Shown one piece after another: positions 1-8,966 of a stretch of DNA of 64,000 nt. The notes under the pieces were generated by a model. That model was given only the letters and a program-made list of their open reading frames with translations. It searched no databases and was not told where the DNA came from. Position 1 is the first letter of the stretch, and the number at the start of each line of letters is the position of its first letter. Position numbers and translations under genes: made by a program. The stretch lies in assembly GCA_963720265.1 (NCBI GenBank), contig CAVRET010000001.1, positions 455,113-519,112 on the forward strand, in the 5' to 3' direction. Source of the stretch: an uncultured bacterium. GTDB lineage: Bacteria > Patescibacteriota > Saccharimonadia > UBA4664.

Positions 1-418
1 GCAGTTTTGTCCCGGTCTGGTGCTGCCACTCCCGTTCCTCGGCGTACTCGATGTATTGCTCGAGACGCTGCTTGTGTACTGAGGGTGGCGTTTGGTCTTG
101 GCAGATGTCGATGAAGTATTGGGCCGATCGGTTGTTGTCGTCCAAAATTTTGATGTAAGCGTCCGGAAGCGGGTCGGGCAGAAATGTGTACTCGCGCAGT
201 TCGCTTTGGGTGAAGAATTGCAGCCTGGGACTGAATCGCTTGGATAGCTGAATATTTACCTCACCAAGGCTCAGGCATCGCTGAATGAATGGTCGCTTGG
301 CCTTGCGGTCATTGTAAATGGCGTGCAGGATTCTGCGATCGGTACCGGGTTTGTGGAGTTTAAGGTAAATGATCGCCTGAGGCAGCAAGAAGTACGAGGC
401 CGGACGTCCGGCTAGACA
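1..418 (-). other. Partial ORF or gene remnant running off the window edge. Stop-free frame from 418 down to 1, no ATG or GTG; first possible start is a TTG at 388-386 with no obvious RBS. Function unknown.
   Basis: Manual translation of the reverse complement gives ...YFLLPQAIIYLKLHKPGTDRRILHAIYNDRKAKRPFIQRCLSLGEVNIQ...QRLEQYIEYAEEREWQHQTGTKL with no stop over ~139 codons. It lies immediately 3' of tRNA-Leu on the same strand. Confidence 0.3.
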
Positions 419-499
419 TCAAATGTGGAACACCAAATATTGCTCAAATACCAGGGATAAACGAGCTATTTAAACTAGCTCATTCTGAAAATGTTTCAT

Positions 500-585
500 T
501 GGTGCGGATGAAAGGACTCGAACCTTCACGCCTTGTGGGGCACCAGCTCCTAAGGCTGGCGTGTCTACCATTCCACCACATCCGC
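500..585 (-). tRNA. tRNA-Leu, anticodon UAG, type II with long variable arm, CCA encoded
   Basis: Reverse complement reads GCGGATG..CCAGC-CTTAGGA-GCTGG..long variable arm..GGTTCGAGTCC..CATCCGCACCA. It has a 7-bp acceptor stem, 5-bp anticodon stem, 7-nt loop with TAG central, and a GTTCGAGTC T-loop. Confidence 0.85.
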
Positions 586-732
586 ACGGTGGGTACATTA
601 TACCGGAAAAGCTCACGTGGCGGATTACCACGTTCAAAGGGAGGTCGCTGCCACAACGAGTACAGCGAAACCGATGCGGACACAATAGTGGCGGGCAATC
701 ATTCGGGAGCGTGATGTGATTAATACTTGTGC

Positions 733-1332
733 TTATTTTAGCAGTTCAGGACACGACGGGGTTGTCGATGAGTTGTGTGCAACGTAGAAACTCAATGCGG
801 TGCCGCCATAGATTTTGGCTTTGACGAGCTGGGCTTGTTGCAGTACAGGGCTGGAGCGGCGGCTGGTATGCGAGACGACGAGTACTCCGCCGGGCAATAA
901 GAAATTGGCCAAGCGGTTCAGTACATCGGAGTCGAGCCGGGAGTACGGCGGGTCGGCAATAATGAGATTGTAACGGCCGAGCGGCCGAGCGTTGGCGGCA
1001 TTTGGTTGATTTGCCGGTAGTGCAAGCCAAGTTTCCACTGTCATGACGTGTAAAAGATAGCCCCAGCTGAGTTTGAGCTCGTTTATGCTGCGCTCAATGA
1101 TCCGGGCGACGTGCTGGTTGGCCTCAATGGCGTCAACCAGGCCGGCACCGCGTGAGAGTGCTTCAAATCCGGCGGCGCCCGAGCCGGCATAGGCGTCCAA
1201 CACCACAAAGCCGTCCGGACTACCAATTACATCGAAGACAGCGGCGCGAACCTTGTTGGATAGCGGCCTAACCGAGCGTGTGCCCGGCTGCTCAAAGCGG
1301 CTGCCGTGCAAGTCGCCGGCCAGGATTCTCAC
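733..1332 (-). CDS. rsmD: 16S rRNA (guanine966-N2)-methyltransferase RsmD
   Basis: 199-aa ORF; the N6-adenine/N2-guanine MTase motifs (VLDAYAGSGAAGFEALSRGA, DPPY) fit the RsmD family. Start overlaps the upstream gene by 4 nt (ATGA). Confidence 0.8.
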   Translation of the reverse strand: MRILAGDLHGSRFEQPGTRSVRPLSNKVRAAVFDVIGSPDGFVVLDAYAGSGAAGFEALSRGAGLVDAIEANQHVARIIERSINELKLSWGYLLHVMTVETWLALPANQPNAANARPLGRYNLIIADPPYSRLDSDVLNRLANFLLPGGVLVVSHTSRRSSPVLQQAQLVKAKIYGGTALSFYVAHNSSTTPSCPELLK

Positions 1333-2180
1333 GCCGGCGCCTGGCCCACGTCGATGACCAACTTTTGGCCGGCTTCGAGCAATGCCAGGAGCCAGATTGT
1401 GCCAATCGCCCTGGCAACCTGCGGTGCGAGCCGGTTTTTGACCGTGACCGCAAGGTCGTTGGTCCAGCCCCGTTCATAGAAGCGGTTGTACAGATTGAGC
1501 GCTGCCACGGCCCTGGCTTCGGCTTTAAAATATTCGACTGGCCCAAGCTCTCGCGCTCGTACGAGTTCATGCTCAGAAAACTCTGGTTTGATCGGAAATA
1601 AGAGAAGAGCGAATGCAATGCCCATCTCGAAGTTCATGTGAGTGGTCATATGGCCCTTGGCGCCCCAGATTGCCCAATTTTTTTTCAGTAAGGCCGATGC
1701 CTTGCTGGTGTCGCCGGCTTTGACGTCGTCGGCCGCAAGTTCGGCCGCCTCGGCAATTTTTTGCTCGAGCGGAAAGTGGTGGGCCGGTGTTAAGCCGTCG
1801 GCGACATAGTGAGCTAGCCATGAGGCCTCGAAAGCCGAGCGAATGAGGTCGCCTGTGAGCAGGGTCTGCACGAGCGCCGTGTAGTGGCTATCGATGCGCG
1901 CGGGAATTGCTCCAGTGTCTGCGACTGGGTCGTACTGGTGATTGGGGTTGGGGCCGTGACTGACTTCATGCCGTACCGGCAGGCCCTTGGGACGTAGGCC
2001 CACTTTGGTGTTGAGGCCGTCCGGGCCGTTGTAGCCTTCAAAGTGCAGTAGTTGTTTGAGATTAGGAAAACTACCGGGCGGCAAGTAGGGTCCGATCATG
2101 TGGTAGGCTGCCGCATCGAGCCGCTGGTGGAGGCCGACCCGTTTGACAACCCGTTTTGATGTAATGAATCCAGCGTACAT
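1329..2180 (-). CDS. Hypothetical protein; the His-rich segment (ASWLAHYVADGLTPAHH) weakly resembles zinc-dependent phospholipase C / P1-nuclease-like folds.
   Basis: 283-aa ORF translationally coupled between recG and rsmD. No confident family assignment from sequence alone. Confidence 0.45.
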   Translation of the reverse strand: MYAGFITSKRVVKRVGLHQRLDAAAYHMIGPYLPPGSFPNLKQLLHFEGYNGPDGLNTKVGLRPKGLPVRHEVSHGPNPNHQYDPVADTGAIPARIDSHYTALVQTLLTGDLIRSAFEASWLAHYVADGLTPAHHFPLEQKIAEAAELAADDVKAGDTSKASALLKKNWAIWGAKGHMTTHMNFEMGIAFALLLFPIKPEFSEHELVRARELGPVEYFKAEARAVAALNLYNRFYERGWTNDLAVTVKNRLAPQVARAIGTIWLLALLEAGQKLVIDVGQAPA

Positions 2181-2182
2181 AG

Positions 2183-4243
2183 TTAATCGAGCGAGGTGAC
2201 GGCTTTGAGCGCATTCACACGGGCTGCTACCTGAGGATATTTTACCATAGCGGCCGGATCAGATAGGAAAGAGAGGGCAAATTTGCGCACATTGGCCAGG
2301 AATTTGACGTCTGAGAGATCGGCCAGTTGGAGGTTGAGCGTGCCATGTTGGCGGCGGCCGTAGATTTCGCCCGGGCCGCGTAGTTCGAGATCGATTTGGG
2401 CCAGACGGAACCCATCTTGGGTTTTTTCAAGCGCACGCAGACGATCGACCGTGCCGGGAGCAGCCGATTCGGCGAGCACAAAACAAAATGAGGGCTGATC
2501 GCTGCGGCCAACGCGGCCACGCAGCTGGTGGAGCGCCGCCAGCCCAAAGCGTTCGGCGCCGTCGATGAGCATAACCGTGGCGTTTGGGATATCAATGCCG
2601 ACTTCAATAACGCTTGTTGCTATGAGAACGTCGAGCCGGCCATCCGCTAGCTGCTCCATCACGGCCTGCTTTTCGGCTGGTTTCAGGCGGCCGTGAAGAA
2701 GACCAAGGCGCCGGTTTTTAAGCGGACCCTTGCTTAATCGTTCGTATTCGGCCGTAACCGACTTGGCACCGAGCTGGTCAGACGGATCAATCAGGGGACA
2801 GACAATAAAGGCCTGATGTCCGGCATCGATCTGTTGATTTATAAATTCGTAAGCTTGGGCGCGGTGTTTAGCGTCGAGCACACGAGTGGTAATGGGCTGA
2901 CGGCCCGGCGGCAAGCCGGCTATGACCGAGATATCAAGGTCGCCGTAGACAGTAAGCTGAAGTGTGCGCGGGATGGGTGTAGCTGTGAGTGAAAGCAAGT
3001 GCGGCAAGCGGCCGGACTTGGCCTTGAGCGTACTACGCTGATTTACTCCAAATCGGTGCTGTTCGTCGACAATAACGAGACCCAGGTTCGAAAATGTAAC
3101 GTCAGCCGACAGGAGCGCTTGCGTTCCGATGACCAACAATGGGCCGCCTTGGCTCAAACGTTCGCCGACAACCCGGCGCTCGGATGCGGGTTGGCCGCCG
3201 AGCACGAGCACTGCTTCGCAGCCGAGTTTCGCGAGCAACGGAGCAAGTCTCGCGGCGTGTTGGCGTGCCAGTACTTCGGTCGGAACCATCAGCGCAGTCT
3301 GGTAGCTGGCCTGCATTGCCATAACCGCCGCCATGACAGCCACTACGGTTTTGCCTGAGCCGACATCCCCTTCGAGCAGGCGGTTCATTGGCTGGTCCTT
3401 GGCCAGGTCCTGGAAAATTTCCCAGGCGGCCTGTTTTTGCTCGGGCGTGAGCTCAAAGTCCAACGATTGCACAAACTTTCTGGCTACATCGACCTGAAAC
3501 GCCACACCTGGGGCGGTCTCGGTCTTGATCTCATGCTTTATAACAAGGCTGGCTAGTACCAGGAACCAGACTTCCTCAAAGGCCAGCCGGTGACGGGCCT
3601 TGGCAAGCGATGCCTCAGTGCTGGGTGAATGGATTTCGCGCAAGGCTTTGGCTCGAGGCATGAGTTTGGCCTGCTTTACCAGTTCGGGCGGCAGGGTTTC
3701 GTCGATAGTGTCGACGAGCGGCAGAAGCGGCTCTATGAGGGCGCGCAATTGTTTGCTGGAAAGCCCCTCGGTTTCCGGGTAGATCGGCACGATGCGCGCG
3801 GTGTCACGGGGGCTGCGATCAGGCCCGAGAACTTCAATGGCCGGCGACTGGAGAGCGAGATCGGCATTTTTAAATTTGAGCTGGCCGGACACGAGTACGG
3901 GAGCTCCGGGTGACAGCGATTTCGCAAGCCACGGCTGATTAAACCAAATAGCTTTTACTGTGCCGGTATTGTCGGAGATGATGGCTTCGGTGAGGTGCAG
4001 CTTGCGAGCTCTGGCATAGCGGCTCGCCACGCGTTCAATCTCGCCTTTAAACGTAACATTGCCCGGCCGCATCAGCCGAATTGGGATAATGTGTGAGAAA
4101 TCGTCGTAGCGGCGGGGGAAATGATTAACGAGGTCGCCGGCCGTAGTAAGGCCGAGGCGCTCAAGCTTTTGGGCTACAGATGGGCCCACGCCCTTGAGCG
4201 AGCCGATTGGCCGTTGCTGCCAGTCATAATCCGATTTCTCCAT
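2183..4243 (-). CDS. recG: ATP-dependent DNA helicase RecG
   Basis: 686-aa ORF with an N-terminal wedge/OB region, Walker A GDVGSGKT, DEQH box (VIVDEQHRFG) and the C-terminal helicase motifs typical of RecG. Confidence 0.9.
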   Translation of the reverse strand: MEKSDYDWQQRPIGSLKGVGPSVAQKLERLGLTTAGDLVNHFPRRYDDFSHIIPIRLMRPGNVTFKGEIERVASRYARARKLHLTEAIISDNTGTVKAIWFNQPWLAKSLSPGAPVLVSGQLKFKNADLALQSPAIEVLGPDRSPRDTARIVPIYPETEGLSSKQLRALIEPLLPLVDTIDETLPPELVKQAKLMPRAKALREIHSPSTEASLAKARHRLAFEEVWFLVLASLVIKHEIKTETAPGVAFQVDVARKFVQSLDFELTPEQKQAAWEIFQDLAKDQPMNRLLEGDVGSGKTVVAVMAAVMAMQASYQTALMVPTEVLARQHAARLAPLLAKLGCEAVLVLGGQPASERRVVGERLSQGGPLLVIGTQALLSADVTFSNLGLVIVDEQHRFGVNQRSTLKAKSGRLPHLLSLTATPIPRTLQLTVYGDLDISVIAGLPPGRQPITTRVLDAKHRAQAYEFINQQIDAGHQAFIVCPLIDPSDQLGAKSVTAEYERLSKGPLKNRRLGLLHGRLKPAEKQAVMEQLADGRLDVLIATSVIEVGIDIPNATVMLIDGAERFGLAALHQLRGRVGRSDQPSFCFVLAESAAPGTVDRLRALEKTQDGFRLAQIDLELRGPGEIYGRRQHGTLNLQLADLSDVKFLANVRKFALSFLSDPAAMVKYPQVAARVNALKAVTSLD

Positions 4244-4394
4244 CAGACTAGTGTAACAAATTGGCTGGCGTATTTTTTAGAACTCGTCTAAGCCTTGAAC
4301 GGTGAGTTCAAAACTTGGACGAGCCTCCCCGCGCTGCAGGCGGCAGCGCGGGGAGTTCCCCTTGTTTCTTTCGGCTCGGGTTGCCGTTCTAGTA

Positions 4395-5594
4395 TCACCG
4401 CCAGCGGATCTTGGCGCCCACGTACCAGGGAGGCACTTCACCGTTCTGAAGCGGTCCGGTGCCGTGCCGGGTGAATGGTTTTTCATCCTGGGCGGGAGCG
4501 CTACTGGCACGGCGTTTGGCGCCGGCCCGCTTCTTGATTCGGATCTCAAGGTTGCCGCCGTAGATACCGCGCACTGCTACCTTGCCGTCGACCGTGAGCT
4601 CGCACATGAGCTCGATACCATGATCGAGTGTCGGTATCTGCGTGGCCGCCTGATAATCGGCGAGCCGCATCCGGATGGTACCGGTTGGTACCTGCTCCTC
4701 GCCGTCGGGGCGAAGGCTGTAGGCTACCGGCAGCGACAGGCTAGCCTTGGGCGTCACGACGACGATCTTATCGGGCGAGAGCGCCAGGCCCGGATCGCGG
4801 AACATCCAGTCCGGCGCGAAATTGTTGCGGTCGAGCGCCAGGTTTACCGCATCGACGTCGCACAGGTTGGCGGCATTGGCGGCGCCGAGTCTGTCAGCAT
4901 AGAATGCCGCCAGCGACCCATCGGTGATGAGTTCGATGATCTCGTGGCCGCCCGACCTGATCCAGAGCTGGACTTGGAGGGTCCGAATCTGGTTATTGAA
5001 AAAGGTATCGCGGTGGTAGATCGACCCGTTCAGGAGTTCTCGCACTACCACGCCGATGAACGCGCCTTCAATCTCGGCAATGAGATTGCGCACGCGCCGG
5101 AGGCAAGCCGTTGCCTCCGGGTAGCCCGTGGGCCTCCAGTGGTCATACAGCCTGGCCACCACCCTACGAGCCTGCTCGAGAGCGGCGTCAAGTTCGCTCA
5201 CGCACACGTGGCGGGTTCGGAGCGTACTTGCCTGTGCTGCGAGCTCGGCCAGATCGGCGGCCAGCGTGTCGTAGTTCTCGACACGCCTTTGCCGTTTGGC
5301 ATGCTCGGTGTAGTGATACTGAAGGCTCGACGCTACGGGAGTGTCGCAAACTTCTTCGCCAGCTGCATCGACCACCACATAGGTGCGCCTCCAGATGGAG
5401 ACGGCTGGATCGATTTCGATTGCGATCAGGTCGTCTGGATGGGCGACCAGCATCGGCGGCACGATGGTCCGTGCGCACAGCCCATAGTCATCCTCATAGC
5501 GTACATGTACCAGGTGTCCGCGGACCTCGACCGAAAAAGCCGACGGCAGCGTGTTGACATCTCCCACGGCAAACCCCTTCCGCTGATTTTTCAA
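4395..5594 (-). CDS. Hypothetical protein (399 aa), function unknown
   Basis: Long ORF with balanced amino-acid composition on the minus strand. The overlapping plus-strand ORF 4302..5636 is Arg-rich and antisense-like. No recognisable family motif. Confidence 0.5.
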   Translation of the reverse strand: MKNQRKGFAVGDVNTLPSAFSVEVRGHLVHVRYEDDYGLCARTIVPPMLVAHPDDLIAIEIDPAVSIWRRTYVVVDAAGEEVCDTPVASSLQYHYTEHAKRQRRVENYDTLAADLAELAAQASTLRTRHVCVSELDAALEQARRVVARLYDHWRPTGYPEATACLRRVRNLIAEIEGAFIGVVVRELLNGSIYHRDTFFNNQIRTLQVQLWIRSGGHEIIELITDGSLAAFYADRLGAANAANLCDVDAVNLALDRNNFAPDWMFRDPGLALSPDKIVVVTPKASLSLPVAYSLRPDGEEQVPTGTIRMRLADYQAATQIPTLDHGIELMCELTVDGKVAVRGIYGGNLEIRIKKRAGAKRRASSAPAQDEKPFTRHGTGPLQNGEVPPWYVGAKIRWR

Positions 5595-5624
5595 TCGGAT
5601 TCTAAATTTATTAGCTGTCCTGCG

Positions 5625-6815
5625 TTAATTGACTAGCTTGTAGAATTCGGTTTTTCCAATGTTGATCTCGTCGCCGGGCTTCACGGCTTGCGCCGGGTCG
5701 GTCACAGTTTCGCCGTTTAAGCGGATGCCGTTTTGCTCTATAAGTGTGCGGACCTGGTTGCGCGAGAGTTTAATCCCCTGCTCCACCAGCAGATCGATGA
5801 GAACGGCCGGCTTTTTGTCGACTTTGAGCTCTTTGATCATATCCTTGGTGGGGCCCAGGTGATCACGGAAGGTGGCGTTCCAGGATTCCTCGGCTTTAAG
5901 GGCTGCTGTGTCCCCATGGTAGAGGCGCACGATTTCGCGCGCGAGCGAGGCCTTGGAGTCGCGCGGGTTGGCGCCTTCGGCCAGGGTTTTTACCAGGCCG
6001 TCAATGGTTTCGAGCGGAATATCGGTGCAGAGCTTGTAGTAGGGAGCGATGAGGTTGTCCGGAACGCTCATGACTTTACCGTACATATCGATGGGCGCGT
6101 CGGTGACGCCGACGTAGTTGTCGAGTGACTTGGACATTTTTTTGACGCCATCGAGGCCAACCAGCAGGTCCAGGGTAAAAACGATCTGTGGGCGCTGGCC
6201 GAGTTTCTTTTGCAGTGCACGGCCGGCCATGAGGTTAAAGAGTTGATCCGAGCCACCAAATTCGACGTCGGCTTCGAGCGCCACTGAGTCGTAGGCTTGC
6301 ATGAGCGGATAGAGCACCTCGTGCAGGGCCAGCTCGTGGCCCTCGCTCAAGCGCTTTTTGAAGTCATCACGTTCGATGGTTTGAGCAACCGAAACGTTTG
6401 AAGCCAAATTGAGCAAATCAGCAAAGCTCAGCTTGGCCAGCCATTCGGAGTTATAGCGGATTTCGGCTTTCTTAACATCCAGGAGGAGGTCAACCTGATC
6501 GAGATAGGTTTTAACATTTTCGGCAATGTCCTTGTCGGACAGCATCGGCCGGGTCTTGTCGCGCCCGGACGGGTCCCCTACTTTCGTGGTGTAGTCGCCG
6601 ATGAGAAAGATGACGGTATGGCCAAGCTCTTGGAATTTGCGGAGTTTGTGAAGTACGAGTGCATGACCAATGTGGAGATCCGGCCGTGTGGGATCGACGC
6701 CAAATTTGATCCGCAGCTTGTGCTTTTTGCCGGTGAGGGCGGCTTCAAGTTCTTCGCGGCCAATAATTTGGTCAACGCCGCGGGTGAGGAGATCGGTGAG
6801 ATCGGATTTGTCCAT
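5625..6815 (-). CDS. tyrS: Tyrosine--tRNA ligase
   Basis: 396 aa with class I aaRS HIGH (PDLHIGH), KMSKS (KKMSKS), and a C-terminal S4-like domain. Confidence 0.9.
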   Translation of the reverse strand: MDKSDLTDLLTRGVDQIIGREELEAALTGKKHKLRIKFGVDPTRPDLHIGHALVLHKLRKFQELGHTVIFLIGDYTTKVGDPSGRDKTRPMLSDKDIAENVKTYLDQVDLLLDVKKAEIRYNSEWLAKLSFADLLNLASNVSVAQTIERDDFKKRLSEGHELALHEVLYPLMQAYDSVALEADVEFGGSDQLFNLMAGRALQKKLGQRPQIVFTLDLLVGLDGVKKMSKSLDNYVGVTDAPIDMYGKVMSVPDNLIAPYYKLCTDIPLETIDGLVKTLAEGANPRDSKASLAREIVRLYHGDTAALKAEESWNATFRDHLGPTKDMIKELKVDKKPAVLIDLLVEQGIKLSRNQVRTLIEQNGIRLNGETVTDPAQAVKPGDEINIGKTEFYKLVN

Positions 6816-6870
6816 ATGCCGCTAAGTGTAGCAGAGGGAGCAAAGATTTTTTAGTGGGGAGATGATTATG

Positions 6871-7789
6871 AACCTGAGTCTCAAAACCCCCACATCAGCT
6901 GGTAGCTGAGCAGAATGCGGACATAGTGAACGAAGTAGCCCATGACACTTCGCGGAAATGAGCTGACGAGGTTCAAATGTTCTTTTAGGTAGTCAAAGGT
7001 GCATTCAACCTTGGGCCGCCTGCGAAGCAGGAGGCCCTGCCAGCTGGCCATGGGCTGCTTCTGGTTGCGTCGAGCGGGAGCCAGTATGTAGGTCTGGTGC
7101 AGATCCCACATCTTCTTGCTCATGACTTTGGCCAGGTAACCACCGTCACCCACGGCAATGACAGTTGCGTCGTTGACCAAATGTGGTATTTGCTGCGAGT
7201 CACTCTCATTGGCCGGCGTAAACCAGATGGCGCACAGACTGCCGTTGGCGGCGCAGCTGGCATGGAGCTTAAAACCAAAATGCCACCCTTGGTGGTTCAT
7301 ACCAAAGTCGGCCACTCCTTGGGCGACTTTGTGCCGGTCGGCCCGGACTAGCTTGCAGACCTCAAGCATGGTTGAGTCCATGAAGACGAGAGGCGCGTCC
7401 TTGACCAACAACTGGTCGAGCATGATGAGCATCTGAGGCAGAGCCAGGTGGCATTTACGGACCCACGATTGGTAACTGGGCAAGTGGAACCGGCGGTAAT
7501 AATACGTTTGGGACCAGATATATACACCCTTGAGGGTGCGTTGCGGGGCTACCAGGCAGCTAAATACCAGTAGGGCAACGCACTCATTTTGGTGCAAGAT
7601 GACGGGGCGGCCGCCCAGGGGATTTGCCGGCTGCCTCGGAAAGAAGCTATCTACCACCTCAACCAGTTTGACGATATGATGAGCACGTAAAAGACGCATT
7701 TGCTATTTCCTTGTTTGTTTTTGTCGACGTAACAAGGACAGCCTAGCGTCTTTTTACTTTGGTGGTCCAGGGGTTTTGAGACTCAGGTT
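6871..7789 (-). mobile_element. Insertion sequence, IS5/IS982-like, ~919 bp, with perfect 20-bp terminal inverted repeats AACCTGAGTCTCAAAACCCC and a 4-bp target-site duplication TATG (6867-6870 and 7790-7793)
   Basis: Left end 6871-6890 equals the reverse complement of right end 7770-7789. The flanking TATG direct repeats are seen directly. Encloses a single DDE transposase ORF. Confidence 0.8.
6881..7699 (-). CDS. DDE transposase of IS5/IS982-like family
   Basis: 272-aa ORF entirely inside the IS, with the stop codon inside the left IR. Contains a DDE_Tnp_1-like signature including ...VIAVGDGGYLAK... (the D-x-G-Y motif). Confidence 0.7.
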   Translation of the reverse strand: MRLLRAHHIVKLVEVVDSFFPRQPANPLGGRPVILHQNECVALLVFSCLVAPQRTLKGVYIWSQTYYYRRFHLPSYQSWVRKCHLALPQMLIMLDQLLVKDAPLVFMDSTMLEVCKLVRADRHKVAQGVADFGMNHQGWHFGFKLHASCAANGSLCAIWFTPANESDSQQIPHLVNDATVIAVGDGGYLAKVMSKKMWDLHQTYILAPARRNQKQPMASWQGLLLRRRPKVECTFDYLKEHLNLVSSFPRSVMGYFVHYVRILLSYQLMWGF

Positions 7790-7853
7790 TATGAGTGTTG
7801 AGTTTATCCTGTTTTTCTTGTATAATTTTCTTTCAACAATTCACTGAGATCCG

Positions 7854-8276
7854 GTGGATTGTGAGTTCCGAGAGGAGCATGGAGCAATGGAGGCTGACAA
7901 GGTCAATCCCGCTGTTCTTAGGCGACGCGATATCCCCGGTTCAGGCTGGCTGGTTCAAGAAAGCCTGCTGAACGCGATAAGAGAAAATGGTTCTGCCGCC
8001 GTGAGGTTGGGTGCTGATGGCCCAATCCTTATCCTCACGAGTCCAATGGACCACCGTTCGGGAAAGGTCGTTCAGGCTAAAGTAGATGTAGGTGGCGCGC
8101 TCGATTGCTCGGACTACGATCAGCTTACGATCCGCAGGACCAGCGATATGCTGCCCGGTGCGCCGGTGGCATTCTGGACAGGCGAGGTGATTTCCGGCCA
8201 GGACCTCAAGTGTGCGCTCGTCCTGGTTTCGCATGGCGTGTATTACCTCTACCCGCTTTTGACGGAGGTGGCTTGA
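7854..8276 (+). CDS. Hypothetical protein (140 aa)
   Basis: Plus-strand ORF with balanced composition downstream of an AT-rich promoter-like region with an extended -10 (TTGTATAAT at ~7828-7836). The overlapping minus ORF 7941..8282 is Arg-rich. Weak call. Confidence 0.3.
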   Translation: MDCEFREEHGAMEADKVNPAVLRRRDIPGSGWLVQESLLNAIRENGSAAVRLGADGPILILTSPMDHRSGKVVQAKVDVGGALDCSDYDQLTIRRTSDMLPGAPVAFWTGEVISGQDLKCALVLVSHGVYYLYPLLTEVA

Positions 8277-8417
8277 GCGCACCGCTTATTACCCGACTAT
8301 CGTGACGGGGGAGTGGCGGGTGAGAGCGCCTCAAATCGGGACAATGGCGCTCGACATTATGAGCTCGGGGTTCAATGGGCTGTTGCGGCCGTTTGGTCGC
8401 AACAGCCCATCGTTGTT

Positions 8418-8966
8418 TTACGGTAGTTTGGCATATAACAACACCAGTAGCAGCGCCGCCCAAACGACTTCGGTAATGAGCCCGGGCGGTTCTTGGTACC
8501 ATTGGATGCCGCCCTCTTTGCTCGAGCCCAGGAAACTGCGCAGAGGACGGTAGCCGGGCACATAGCGTTCCATGGTGCGCCGGGAAAAGAAGGCCTCCGG
8601 GATCCAAATAAAATCGGGCGCCCCGGCGCTCACCGCCCCAATAACAATGTTTGCGGTGCGCTGCGGCCAGGCGATGCAGGCAGCAATAGTTACGATGGTG
8701 GCACCGGCGAAATCAATCGAGCCAATGGCCATAAACAGCGGCGTACCAGGGTCCATATCGGCGCCGTTGCCAAAGTGCGGCAGTGCGTCCTGCACCAAAT
8801 GGGATGCAACGCCGGCAGCGGCTAGCTCGACGGGGTTATCGATTGTTAGGCCAAGCAAAATGCCGGTGAGAGCGTGGTTTGTAAGAAGCATGAGCGTATT
8901 GTACCCCATGGAAAGCGCAAGAAATTTTGGCATTTTCTCAGCCAGGCGGTGATATAATGCGCTCAT
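8418..8966 (-). CDS. Membrane-bound metal-dependent hydrolase-like protein (YdjM/DUF457-like); true start probably downstream of 8966
   Basis: Polytopic membrane protein with conserved His residues (TNHALTG..., HLVQDALPHFG) typical of LexA-regulated YdjM-like proteins. Confidence 0.45.
   Translation of the reverse strand: MSALYHRLAEKMPKFLALSMGYNTLMLLTNHALTGILLGLTIDNPVELAAAGVASHLVQDALPHFGNGADMDPGTPLFMAIGSIDFAGATIVTIAACIAWPQRTANIVIGAVSAGAPDFIWIPEAFFSRRTMERYVPGYRPLRSFLGSSKEGGIQWYQEPPGLITEVVWAALLLVLLYAKLP
8950..8958 (+). promoter_or_regulatory. Extended -10 element TGATATAAT located 7 nt upstream of the PBP ATG; candidate leaderless promoter
   Basis: Sequence ggTGATATAATgcgctcATG seen directly; the spacing would place the TSS at or next to the start codon. 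Confidence 0.3.

Noticed and set aside
4302-5636. 444-aa plus-strand ORF overlapping the 399-aa minus-strand gene
   Set aside because: Arg/Gly/His-rich composition typical of the antisense frame of a GC-rich gene. The minus-strand ORF has normal composition.
6816-6870. T-box leader upstream of tyrS
   Set aside because: Only 51 nt separate the IS end from the tyrS ATG, far too short for a T-box. No specifier/T-box sequence present.
7840-7860. TPP riboswitch suggested by CTGAGA near 7845
   Set aside because: No accompanying ACCTGATCTGGATAATGCCAGCG-type elements. Isolated hexamer only.
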